Below, piece by piece: positions 18,118 through 26,481 of a DNA stretch of 64,000 nt. Numbering within the stretch: position 1 is the stretch's first letter; every line of letters begins with the position of its first letter. Below the pieces are notes generated by a model, which was given only the letters and a program-made list of their open reading frames with translations, made no database searches and was not told where the DNA came from. Source of the DNA: Luteimonas sp. (GTDB lineage Bacteria; Pseudomonadota; Gammaproteobacteria; Xanthomonadales; Xanthomonadaceae). The position numbers were made by a program, and so were the translations under genes. The stretch spans positions 23,311 through 87,310 of the forward strand of contig JAYRKR010000001.1 in assembly GCA_041905645.1 (NCBI GenBank), written 5' to 3'.

Positions 18118-18894
18118 ATGCAACGACGACTCGAAGACAAGGTCTGCATCATCACCGGCGCGGCGCTGGGCATCGGCCGCGCCTGCGCTATCCGCATGGG
18201 TGAACAGGGCGCCCGCGTGGCGCTGTTCGACGTGCTCGACAGGGAAGGCCAGGCGCTGGCCGCAACGCTGCGCGACGGCGACGTGGACGCGCGCTACTGG
18301 CACGTCGACGTCGCCAGCGAACGCTCCGTGCAGGCCGCGATCGACGAGGCCGCGGCGCATTTCGGCGCGCTGCACGTGCTGGTCAACAACGCCGGCATCG
18401 CCGGCATCAACAAACCGACCCACGAGGTCACCGAAGAGGAATGGGACCGCGTGCAGGCGGTCAACGTCAAGGGCGTGTTCTTCTGCACCAAGCACGCCAT
18501 CGCGCACATGAAGCGCGCCGGCCAGGGCAGCATCATCAACCTCTCGTCGATCTACGGACTGGTCGGCGCGCCCGACGTGCCGCCCTACCACGCCTCCAAG
18601 GGCGCGGTCAGGCTGATGACCAAGACCGATGCGCTGATCTATGCGCAGGATCGGATCCGGGTCAACTCGGTGCACCCGGGATTCATCTGGACGCCGATGG
18701 TCGAACACCACCTGCGCGACAGCGGCGCCACCGACATCGAGGCGGCGCGCCGGGACACCGATCTGCTGCATCCGCTGGGCCACATGGGCGAAGCCGACGA
18801 CATCGCCTGGGGTGTCGTCTACCTCGCTTCGGACGAATCGAAGTTCGTGACCGGCGCCGAGCTCGCGATCGACGGCGGCTATACCGCGCGCTAG
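18118..18894 (+). CDS. SDR-family oxidoreductase (classical short-chain dehydrogenase)
   Basis: ITGAALGIGRA (TGxxxGxG), NNAG and YHASKGAV (YxxxK) motifs. 258 aa. Confidence 0.9.
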   Translation: MQRRLEDKVCIITGAALGIGRACAIRMGEQGARVALFDVLDREGQALAATLRDGDVDARYWHVDVASERSVQAAIDEAAAHFGALHVLVNNAGIAGINKPTHEVTEEEWDRVQAVNVKGVFFCTKHAIAHMKRAGQGSIINLSSIYGLVGAPDVPPYHASKGAVRLMTKTDALIYAQDRIRVNSVHPGFIWTPMVEHHLRDSGATDIEAARRDTDLLHPLGHMGEADDIAWGVVYLASDESKFVTGAELAIDGGYTAR

Positions 18895-19196
18895 GCATCG
18901 CGGTGATGATCCCGCCTGGCAGCTCCCCATGAGACATGACGAAAACCATCGGGCGCATCGAACCGGGTGGCTCCGTGCGGCCGTTCCACAGCCAGCCTTT
19001 TGTGCGCGTATCGGTATTGCGGGCTTCCTTCTGCGGGGCGTCGGCGAGGGTTCGACCGCTGGAGCCGGGGCGCTGCTGTCCCGCGTGACCGCGCGAGGAC
19101 CATGGAGTCGGTACGCATGACGCCCGACACTGCGTCCGAAGTGAACTTTCTTCCTAGACCGCCCCGATCCGGATGTCGGCTGGCACAGGAGCATTC

Positions 19197-19451
19197 ATGA
19201 CTACCGAATTCATGCGTCATTTCCTGCTGTGGTGCGCCGCCTTCAACTATGCGGTCCTTCTCTTGTGGTTTCTGGTATTCGCGCTGGCGCGCGGTTGGCT
19301 CTTCCGGCTTCATACCCGCTGGTTCAAACTCTCGATCGAGAGTTTCGACCGGATTCACTACGCAGGCATGGCCGTGTACAAGATCGGCATTCTCCTGTTC
19401 AATCTTGTTCCCTATGCTGCGCTATGGGTGCTGTCCAGCCGCGTCGGCTGA
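19197..19451 (+). CDS. Small membrane protein (possibly DUF6868-like)
   Basis: MTTEFMRHFLLWCAAFNYAVLLLWF...IHYAGMAVYKIGILLFNLVPY. Two predicted TM helices. The family assignment is from memory only. Confidence 0.5.
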   Translation: MTTEFMRHFLLWCAAFNYAVLLLWFLVFALARGWLFRLHTRWFKLSIESFDRIHYAGMAVYKIGILLFNLVPYAALWVLSSRVG

Positions 19452-19548
19452 CGGCCCGTTCGAGCCGGGCCTGGTTCGCGGCTCCGACATTCGCGTCCGA
19501 AACGTCTCGAGACACAGGGCACTGTCCGGAAGCGAGGTTTCCCGGAGC

Positions 19549-19956
19549 ATGGTCGAAGCTGTTCACATCATCCTCTACGTAGCCGACCAGGCGCGCAGCA
19601 CCACGTTCTATGAGACCGTGCTGGCCATGGCGCCACAGTTGCACGTGCCGGGAATGACGGAGTTCAGGCTTCCGGGCGGTACGATTCTTGGCCTCATGCC
19701 GGAATCGGGAATCGAGCGCTTGCTCGGGCCATCGATCATCCGTCCATCGACGGCGCGTGGCGTCGCCAGGGCCGAGCTTTACCTTCGGGTTCAGGACCCG
19801 AACGCCTGGCACGCCCGGGCGCTTGCCGCCGGCGCCCGCGAACTCAGCCCGATGCAGCTGCGTTCCTGGGGGGATGGGGTCGCCTACTCGCAGGATCCCG
19901 ACGGCCATGTCCTGGCCTTCGCAGGTGGCACAAGCAATACCGAGCTTGCGGCCTAG
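19549..19956 (+). CDS. VOC (glyoxalase/bleomycin-resistance) family protein
   Basis: MVEAVHIILYVADQARSTTFYETVL...DPDGHVLAF, 135 aa. The longer ORF-track frame start was rejected. Confidence 0.75.
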   Translation: MVEAVHIILYVADQARSTTFYETVLAMAPQLHVPGMTEFRLPGGTILGLMPESGIERLLGPSIIRPSTARGVARAELYLRVQDPNAWHARALAAGARELSPMQLRSWGDGVAYSQDPDGHVLAFAGGTSNTELAA

Positions 19957-20057
19957 GCACTTGCCCGAGCAAGTCCGCAGCTGTATCCAGGCCTTGACTC
20001 GCTTGCATCCTGCGCCGCGCCGAATGTCGGTCGGCGCATCGTCCCGGGAGCGCGCTC

Positions 20058-20390
20058 ATGCTCGTTGCGATCAAGGTCGTTCACACCATCGTCTGGGCCT
20101 TCTTCGCGGCCTGTATCCTGGCGATCCCCTTCCATGCCCATCGCGGCGATTTCAGGGTCGCGGGGATCCTGATCGCCGTCGTGCTGATCGAGGTGCTGGT
20201 GCTTGTCGTCAATCGCTGGAGCTGTCCGCTCACCGGGGTAGCGGCCCGTTACACGCACGATCGCCGGGACAACTTCGATATCTTCCTTCCCCTCTGGCTG
20301 GCCAGGCACAACAAGACCGTGTTCGGCGCACTGTTCGCGGCCAGCGTGCTGTACACGTTCGCCCGGTGGTGGCACCGCACGGGGACTTGA
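20058..20390 (+). CDS. Hypothetical membrane protein (CPLT motif)
   Basis: 110 aa with three hydrophobic segments. The NRWSCPLTG motif resembles DUF2784-type proteins, but the assignment is weak. Confidence 0.5.
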   Translation: MLVAIKVVHTIVWAFFAACILAIPFHAHRGDFRVAGILIAVVLIEVLVLVVNRWSCPLTGVAARYTHDRRDNFDIFLPLWLARHNKTVFGALFAASVLYTFARWWHRTGT

Positions 20391-20524
20391 ATGTCCGTTC
20401 CGACGCGCCGGATCGCCGACCGCGGCCTGTCACCACTGCCGGACCAACCGAGACGGCACATGACCGCGCGCCCTGCGGATCGGCGGAGAATCCAGGTTCG
20501 ACCGCGCTGCATCCGGGGCATCGC

Positions 20525-21361
20525 CTAGTGCGAGAACAGCACCGGAATTTCCGAATGCTCGAACAGCGCGCGGGTGACGCCGCCGAATACCTGTTCGGTG
20601 GCGCGCGCGTGCCCGTAACCGCCGGAGACGATCATGTCGGCGCCCACTTCTTTCGCGAAGGCCAGAATCGCCTGCCCCGTGGAGACATCCCCTTTCGGTC
20701 GCCTGACGGGAGCCGCGGACAAACCGTGCTGCCCGAGATAGTGGAGGACATCGGCCTCCATCGCCTCGATGCGTGATTCCTCGTTCTGGTAGCTCTCGAT
20801 CATCAGCAGGTCGATCGATTCTGCCCGATGCAGGAACGGCATCGAATCGTGCAGCGCACGCGCGGACTCGCGCGTCGGTTTCCAGGCGACCACGACGCGA
20901 GCGATGCCGGTCGACGCGTCGCGCTCCGGCCCGGGCACGACCATGACGGGGCGCCCGGAGCCGAGCAGGATCGAGGCGAAGAGCCGTTTCTCGGGATCCT
21001 GCGGAGATTCACCCCGTCCCATCACGACGAGATCGGCGATGCGTGCATGCAGGATCGACTGTTCGGCGGGCGTCAGCCAGAAGGCGCCTGCGGTGCGGAC
21101 CTCATGCGGCACGTTCTCCGCCGCCAGCAAGTCGCGAACGTCCTGTGCGAGCGCCCCGGCGGCCGCCTTGGAGGTTTCGTCCATCGTGTCGTACATGCCG
21201 GAGGGAAAATACTCCCATCCGCCCATCATCGGGCTCGTTGCGCTCAGGCCGATCAGGGCAGTCACGCTCGCGGCATGCTCTCTTGCCAGCGCGCAGCCGG
21301 TCCGCAGTGCGTGGCGCTCGATCCGACCCAGTACTTGGGGCACCAGTAGGCTCTTCAACAT
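20525..21361 (-). CDS. Tandem-domain universal stress protein (copy A)
   Basis: 278 aa. C-terminal VSGGYGHARATEQVFGGVTRALFEHSEIPVLFSH. Aligns end-to-end with the paralog at 22229-23068. Confidence 0.85.
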   Translation of the reverse strand: MLKSLLVPQVLGRIERHALRTGCALAREHAASVTALIGLSATSPMMGGWEYFPSGMYDTMDETSKAAAGALAQDVRDLLAAENVPHEVRTAGAFWLTPAEQSILHARIADLVVMGRGESPQDPEKRLFASILLGSGRPVMVVPGPERDASTGIARVVVAWKPTRESARALHDSMPFLHRAESIDLLMIESYQNEESRIEAMEADVLHYLGQHGLSAAPVRRPKGDVSTGQAILAFAKEVGADMIVSGGYGHARATEQVFGGVTRALFEHSEIPVLFSH

Positions 21362-21416
21362 CCTGCGTCTCCCTTGGCGTGGCGTCTGGATCCTGCACGA
21401 GTTCGCGAGGCCGGCG

Positions 21417-21430
21417 TTGACCCGGATCAA
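21417..21430 (-). promoter_or_regulatory. FNR box TTGACCCGGATCAA (USP side)
   Basis: Palindromic FNR/Anr-type site, with its centre 62 nt upstream of the USP ATG at 21361. Confidence 0.55.
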
Positions 21431-21461
21431 TCTTCCTCGTGCGGGCGATTATCCGCGGGAA

Positions 21462-21475
21462 TTGACCCGCATCAA
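21462..21475 (+). promoter_or_regulatory. FNR box TTGACCCGCATCAA (GNAT side)
   Basis: TAAGCT lies 21 nt downstream. The predicted TSS near 21510 argues for the GNAT start at 21532 rather than 21508. Confidence 0.55.
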
Positions 21476-21531
21476 GGCAGGAGGACCGGGGCGGCGTAAG
21501 CTCTGCCATGACGACCGCCCGGAGCCATCCC

Positions 21532-22083
21532 ATGGCAAGCTCGCCGAACACGCCCTCGCCCACCGATTCCGAATACCCGCGCTGGTCCGAAACCCTGCAC
21601 GATCGAAGTCATGTCCTCATTCGCCCCATTACCAGTCAAGACAAGGCCGAGGAGCGCGCATTCATCGAGGAGCTTTCTGCGGAAGCGAAACGATTCCGTT
21701 TTCTGGGCCAGATAAGATCCGCGAGCGATCGGATGATCGAGCGCTTCACGGACATCGATCAGGTTCACGATGTCGCCTTCGCTGCCATCACCCACGAGGA
21801 TTCGCGAGATCGCATCGTGGGCGTCAGCCGCTTTGCCGCCGATCCAGAGGGGCTGCGCTGCGAATGCGCGGTCACCGTCAGCGATACCTGGCACAACAAG
21901 GGTCTCGGCACCCTGTTGATGAAGCATCTGATCGAGGTGGCGCGTTCCCGCGGCATCACTACCATGTATTCGATCGACTCTTGCGAGAATCTCGCCATGA
22001 AGGATTTGGCGACCTATCTCGGCTTCCATACCCGCGTCGATCCGGACGACGCGCGCCAGGTCATCCACGAACTGGAACTTTGA
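21532..22083 (+). CDS. Stand-alone Pat-type GNAT N-acetyltransferase (copy 2)
   Basis: Paralog of 13102-13656 (EYPRW..HVLIRPI..EERAFIEELSAEAKRFRFLGQ...WHNKGLGTLLM). GGAG lies 8 nt upstream of the ATG. Confidence 0.8.
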   Translation: MASSPNTPSPTDSEYPRWSETLHDRSHVLIRPITSQDKAEERAFIEELSAEAKRFRFLGQIRSASDRMIERFTDIDQVHDVAFAAITHEDSRDRIVGVSRFAADPEGLRCECAVTVSDTWHNKGLGTLLMKHLIEVARSRGITTMYSIDSCENLAMKDLATYLGFHTRVDPDDARQVIHELEL

Positions 22084-22228
22084 CGCCTGCGTGAGGGCTG
22101 AAGGCTGTCATCGCTCGGAACGACAGTGCATAACTGTCCAGCATGGACCACGGCGCCCCTGGCTAGATCGAGGACTTGATCGGGATCTCGCAGGACGCGC
22201 AATGCCCCAAGGCCGAAAAAATCGCCTC

Positions 22229-23068
22229 TTAGTGCGAGTACAAGACAGGAATCGACGCTGAGATCAGCAGCTCGCGCGTCACGCCACCCATCGCCCATTC
22301 CCGGAATCGCGAATGGCCATAGCCACCCACCACCAGAAGGTTGGCGCGCATCTGCCTTGCGTGATCGAGCAGAATCGAACTGACTTCCTTGTTCCCGGAC
22401 TTGTGCACGACCACGTTCATGTTGACGCCATGGCGCGCCAGATGCGTGGCGATATCGGCACCGGGCTGCGCGTCGGGGTTGCACTCGTCGTCCGATGTGT
22501 CGACCAGCAGCAGATCGACCGCCTCGGCGCCCTTGAGGAGCGGCATGGCATCGTGCAGCGCCCGCGTCGCTTCGCGTGTCGGTCGCCACGCCATCACCAC
22601 GCGCTGTGGCGGCATCGGCACCTTGCAGCGCGGCGGGATCACAAGTACGGGCCGACCAGATTCGAGCAACAGGCTGCCGAAGTAGGCGTGCGTCGTTTCT
22701 GCCTCGATAGTGTCGCCGATCGACCCCGCGACAACGGCCAGATCGGCGTAATGCGCCCGGTGCGCGGCCATACCGGCGGGCTCGACAAGCGTCTCGACCA
22801 TCCTGACTTCGAAAGAAATGGATTCTTTCCCGAGCCGGGATTTCAGGCTGGCGACGTTGATCTCCGCCTGCGACCGCAGCTTGCTGTAGACATCGCTCAT
22901 CGCCACGTCCGGCACCATCCCCCAGGGCCCGAGCATCGGCGTCGGCAGGTTAACCATCTCCAGCACCGTGAGATGTGCGTTGTAGCTCGCTGCAAGATCA
23001 ATCGCGATATTCAGCGCATCCATGTCGCCCGGGGTGCCCGTGATCGGTATCACCAGATCCTTGTACAT
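22229..23068 (-). CDS. Tandem-domain universal stress protein (copy B)
   Basis: 279 aa. MYKDLVIPITGTPGD...LLVVGGYGHSRFREWAMGGVTRELLISASIPVLYSH. Confidence 0.85.
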   Translation of the reverse strand: MYKDLVIPITGTPGDMDALNIAIDLAASYNAHLTVLEMVNLPTPMLGPWGMVPDVAMSDVYSKLRSQAEINVASLKSRLGKESISFEVRMVETLVEPAGMAAHRAHYADLAVVAGSIGDTIEAETTHAYFGSLLLESGRPVLVIPPRCKVPMPPQRVVMAWRPTREATRALHDAMPLLKGAEAVDLLLVDTSDDECNPDAQPGADIATHLARHGVNMNVVVHKSGNKEVSSILLDHARQMRANLLVVGGYGHSRFREWAMGGVTRELLISASIPVLYSH

Positions 23069-23134
23069 GGCTTGCCCTCTTGCGTGGGAGAAATGCGCCC
23101 GGATGCATTACGCAATGGAACGGAGCTCCACGCA

Positions 23135-23148
23135 TTGATCTGAATCAA
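23135..23148 (-). promoter_or_regulatory. Consensus FNR box TTGATCTGAATCAA
   Basis: Perfect TTGAT-N4-ATCAA, with its centre 73 nt upstream of the USP ATG (23068). CGTAAT lies 22 nt downstream on the gene strand. Confidence 0.65.
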
Positions 23149-23314
23149 GATATCCCCCATATCGCCGCTGGAATCGCGGGCTTTCGGGCTGACCGGCATG
23201 CCGGAGGACTGGCGTGCCCGCCCACCATGCTTCCCTGCATGTATATAGTCCAGAGACAGCACCTGACGGCAGGTGCCTCGTTGCCTTCGCTCCTGATCTC
23301 TTCACGGTGCCCCG

Positions 23315-24706
23315 ATGAATCCTGATGCGGCACACGCCTCCCGCCGGCTCCAGCTGCAATTCCTCGGGGCCAACGCCACGGTCACCGGTTCGCGCTACCT
23401 GCTGGAAGCCGGCAGCGCGCGCATCCTCGTCGACTGCGGGTTGTTCCAGGGCTACAAGCCGCTGCGCCTGCGCAACTGGGCGCCCTTCCCCGTCGAGCCT
23501 GCCTCGATCGACGCGGTGCTGCTCACCCACGCCCACCTGGACCACAGCGGGTACCTACCGCGCCTGGTCCGGGCGGGATTCCGCGGCCGGGTCTGGTGCA
23601 CGCGCGCCACCGCCAGCCTGTGCGGGATCCTGCTGCCGGATTCAGGACGCCTGCTGGAAGAAGAGGCCGCCTACGCCAACCGCAGCGGCTCATCCAGGCA
23701 CAGGCCGGCCGAACCGCTGTATGACGAAGCCGACGCCCGGCGCAGCCTGGAGCGGCTGAATGGCGTGGACTTCGACCAGGGCTTCGAGCCGGTGCCGGGC
23801 ATGCGCGCGACGTTCCGCAGCCAGGGCCATATCCTGGGCGCGGCCGCGGCGTCGCTGGCGTTCGACGGGACGCGGATCGTGTTCAGCGGCGACATCGGCC
23901 GGCTGGACGACCCGGTGATGCCGGCGCCGGCCGGATTGCCCGAGTGCGACTGGATCGTGACCGAATCCACTTATGGCGACCGCAGCCACCCGGCCATCGC
24001 GCTCGAGGACGAACTGCTTCCGGTACTGCGACGCGTGATCGGGCGCGGAGGCGTCGTGGTCATCCCATCCTTTGCGGTCGGCCGCGCCCAGCTGCTGCTG
24101 CACGTGATTACACGCCTGCAGGTCAGCGGCCGACTGCCGGAGGCGCCGATCTACCTCAACAGCCCGATGGCCTCGGACGTCACCTCTCTGTATGGGCGCT
24201 TTCCGGGCCAGCACAGGCTCGGGGCCGACGACCTGGCCGCGCTGCGGCAGCACGTGCGCATCATCAACAGCGTCGAGGAATCCAAGGCGCTCAACCGGCG
24301 CAAGGGGCCGATGATCATCGTCTCGGCCAGCGGCATGGTCACCGGCGGACGCGTGCTGCACCACCTCATCGCGTTCGCTCCCGACCCGCGCAACGCCATC
24401 GTCCTGGGCGGCTATCAGGCCGGTGGCACCCGCGGCGCATCGCTCGCCGCCGGCGCCAGGACGGTGCGCATCTACGGCCAGGACGTCGCCGTCGCCGCCG
24501 AGGTGGTGCAGCTGGAAACGGCATCGGCGCACGCCGATGCTGGCGAGATCCTAGCCTGGCTGCGCACGGCGCCGCGGCCGCCGCGCGGGGTGTTCGTGAC
24601 CCACGGCGAGCCCGATGCCGCCGATGCGCTGCGCATCCGCATCCGGCGCGAACTGGGCTGGAACGCGCACGTCCCCGAATACCTGGAGCGCGCCGACTTG
24701 GCGTGA
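23315..24706 (+). CDS. MBL-fold beta-CASP hydrolase (RNA-metabolising metallo-beta-lactamase family), copy 1
   Basis: LQFLGANATVTGSRYLLE...ILVDCGLFQG...LLTHAHLDHSGYLPRL. The C-terminal ETASAHAD and VTHGE motifs are typical of the beta-CASP family. 463 aa. Confidence 0.85.
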   Translation: MNPDAAHASRRLQLQFLGANATVTGSRYLLEAGSARILVDCGLFQGYKPLRLRNWAPFPVEPASIDAVLLTHAHLDHSGYLPRLVRAGFRGRVWCTRATASLCGILLPDSGRLLEEEAAYANRSGSSRHRPAEPLYDEADARRSLERLNGVDFDQGFEPVPGMRATFRSQGHILGAAAASLAFDGTRIVFSGDIGRLDDPVMPAPAGLPECDWIVTESTYGDRSHPAIALEDELLPVLRRVIGRGGVVVIPSFAVGRAQLLLHVITRLQVSGRLPEAPIYLNSPMASDVTSLYGRFPGQHRLGADDLAALRQHVRIINSVEESKALNRRKGPMIIVSASGMVTGGRVLHHLIAFAPDPRNAIVLGGYQAGGTRGASLAAGARTVRIYGQDVAVAAEVVQLETASAHADAGEILAWLRTAPRPPRGVFVTHGEPDAADALRIRIRRELGWNAHVPEYLERADLA

Positions 24707-24752
24707 GCGGCGCGCGGGTGATCCGCCGCCGCGCCGGAGCCTGCTCCACGAT

Positions 24753-25196
24753 TCAGTTCTCGCGCCCGACGGCGGCGCGGGTCCAGGTCACGATGTCGCC
24801 AGCCGCGAGCGCACCCGCCTGCCGGGCCAGCTCGCGTCCGCCGCGGAACAGCACCAGCGTCGGGATGCTGCGAATCCCGTAGCGTGCGCCGAGTTCCGGC
24901 TCTGCCTCGGTATCGACCTTGGCCAGACGCAGCCGCGGTTCCAGCTGCCCTGCCGCGGCCTCGAACTGCGGCGCCATCATCCGGCACGGGCCGCACCACG
25001 GCGCCCAGAAATCCACCAGCAGCGGCAGGTCGCCTTTCAGGTGCGCGTCGAAACGATCGCCGCCGAGCGCCAGCGGCTGGCCGGTGAACAAGGACCGGTG
25101 GCAGCGGCCGCAGGACGGCGCCTCGGCCAGGCGCGCTCCCGGCACGCGGTTGGTCGCGTCGCAATGCGGGCACACGACGTGGAGCGGCGCGTTCAT
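24753..25196 (-). CDS. trxC: Thioredoxin 2 (TrxC-type, N-terminal zinc finger)
   Basis: CPHC...CGRC zinc-finger motif plus the WAPWCGPC active site. 147 aa. Confidence 0.9.
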   Translation of the reverse strand: MNAPLHVVCPHCDATNRVPGARLAEAPSCGRCHRSLFTGQPLALGGDRFDAHLKGDLPLLVDFWAPWCGPCRMMAPQFEAAAGQLEPRLRLAKVDTEAEPELGARYGIRSIPTLVLFRGGRELARQAGALAAGDIVTWTRAAVGREN

Positions 25197-25672
25197 GAGC
25201 CGGCCTCGAAACTCTTGTCGCCCATCAGGGTGTGTCCATGCACATCCTTGACCGTGACCTTGACATCGACGCCCTCGCGCACGCTCTGGGTGACGATGCA
25301 GAAGTCCTCGAACTGCTGCAGGATGCGCTCCAAGTGCTGGTGCTCCTCGCCGCCTTCGGCCAGCCGGATCTCGACGAAAGCGCGCGGCAGGCGCCAGCGC
25401 CCCTCGGCGTTGCGCCTGGGGCAGGCGCTGATCCGCGCGTGCAGCGGTCCCGGCTGGTTCTTGTACTTGCGCAGCGCGAACAGCAGGCTCGCCGCCAGGC
25501 AGTTGGCGACGCTGGCCAGCAGCAGCCGCGCCGGATTGGGCCCGCGGTCCTCGCCCAGCGGCGAGGGCTCGTCGCTGAGCAGCGGTTCCAGGTCGGTGCC
25601 TTCGAAGCGAATGCGGAACGCGTAACCGTCCTCCTGCTCCAGGGTCAGCCTGATTTCTTCGGTCTCGCTCAT
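25193..25672 (-). CDS. OsmC/Ohr-family peroxiredoxin-like protein
   Basis: 159 aa. GPNPARLLLASVANCLAASL and FCIVTQSV contain the paired Cys typical of the OsmC family. The stop overlaps the trxC start. Confidence 0.75.
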   Translation of the reverse strand: MSETEEIRLTLEQEDGYAFRIRFEGTDLEPLLSDEPSPLGEDRGPNPARLLLASVANCLAASLLFALRKYKNQPGPLHARISACPRRNAEGRWRLPRAFVEIRLAEGGEEHQHLERILQQFEDFCIVTQSVREGVDVKVTVKDVHGHTLMGDKSFEAGS

Positions 25673-25688
25673 CTGGAATTCTCCTTGG

Positions 25689-26219
25689 TCATGTCGATCG
25701 CGGATTCTTGTTGCCCGGATCGCGGCGGCGAGGGAATCCGAACCAGCGCGGGACGCGCCTCGCATAATCGGCGAACGCCGGACCGAACCGCGCGGACAGG
25801 TGCCGCTCCTCGCGCCGGATCGCCAGACGGTCGACCAGCACGACGGCCGCGGCCGTGGTCGCCAGCAGCCACGGCCATGCCAGCGCCAGCGCAAGGCCGA
25901 TCAGCAGCACCGTATTGCCCAGGTAGATCGGGTTGCGCGAGAAGGCGAACACGCCGCCGGTGACCAGGCGATCCGCGCCGCGGTGCGGCAGCACGTTGGT
26001 CCGCGCCCGGCGCATGGCGCGCATCGCGGCCAGGTCGAAGCCCAGGCCGAGGCACGCCATCGCGACGCCCAGGGCGCGCAGCCATGGGGCCGCGCCGGCG
26101 AACAGCGCGTCGGCAGCCAGGATCGTTTCAAGCCCCCATGCCGCCAGCACCGCCGCGAGATAGAGCAGCGGTGGCCAGGGAATGCGGTTGGGCCGCCGCA
26201 GGATGTCGTTTCCCGTCAT
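25689..26219 (-). CDS. Isoprenylcysteine carboxyl methyltransferase (ICMT/PEMT)-family membrane methyltransferase
   Basis: LVTGGVFAFSRNPIYLGNTVLLIG and EERHLSARFGPAFADY motifs. Confidence 0.75.
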   Translation of the reverse strand: MTGNDILRRPNRIPWPPLLYLAAVLAAWGLETILAADALFAGAAPWLRALGVAMACLGLGFDLAAMRAMRRARTNVLPHRGADRLVTGGVFAFSRNPIYLGNTVLLIGLALALAWPWLLATTAAAVVLVDRLAIRREERHLSARFGPAFADYARRVPRWFGFPRRRDPGNKNPRST

Positions 26220-26481
26220 GATCCTATCTTGACGCCGTTGCATTCAGGTCCCCAGCGTACCCGCCCACGGCCAGGTAAAAACTCCGCCGTCGCCCACGTG
26301 TCGGGGCTGCGCCGCATCGGGCGCAACCTGCACGGACCGCGCCTGCCCGCCATCGGAGTCCGGGAACGGATCGCCGCCGATGCCTCCAGGCGCGGAGTCC
26401 GGGGCCGCAGGGTCCGGATCGGCGCACCGACCTCGAACCCGAGGATGGTGGAGCCGACGTCGGCATCGGCGATGCCCGGGT

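Noticed and set aside
18895-19172. 280-bp non-coding stretch after the SDR gene (possible sRNA or leader)
   Set aside because: I could find no promoter, terminator, repeat or conserved motif, so there is nothing to support a feature call.
24707-24752. GC-rich imperfect hairpin between the convergent beta-CASP and trxC genes
   Set aside because: The stem is bulged and no T-run follows. Intrinsic terminators are hard to call by eye in this GC context.
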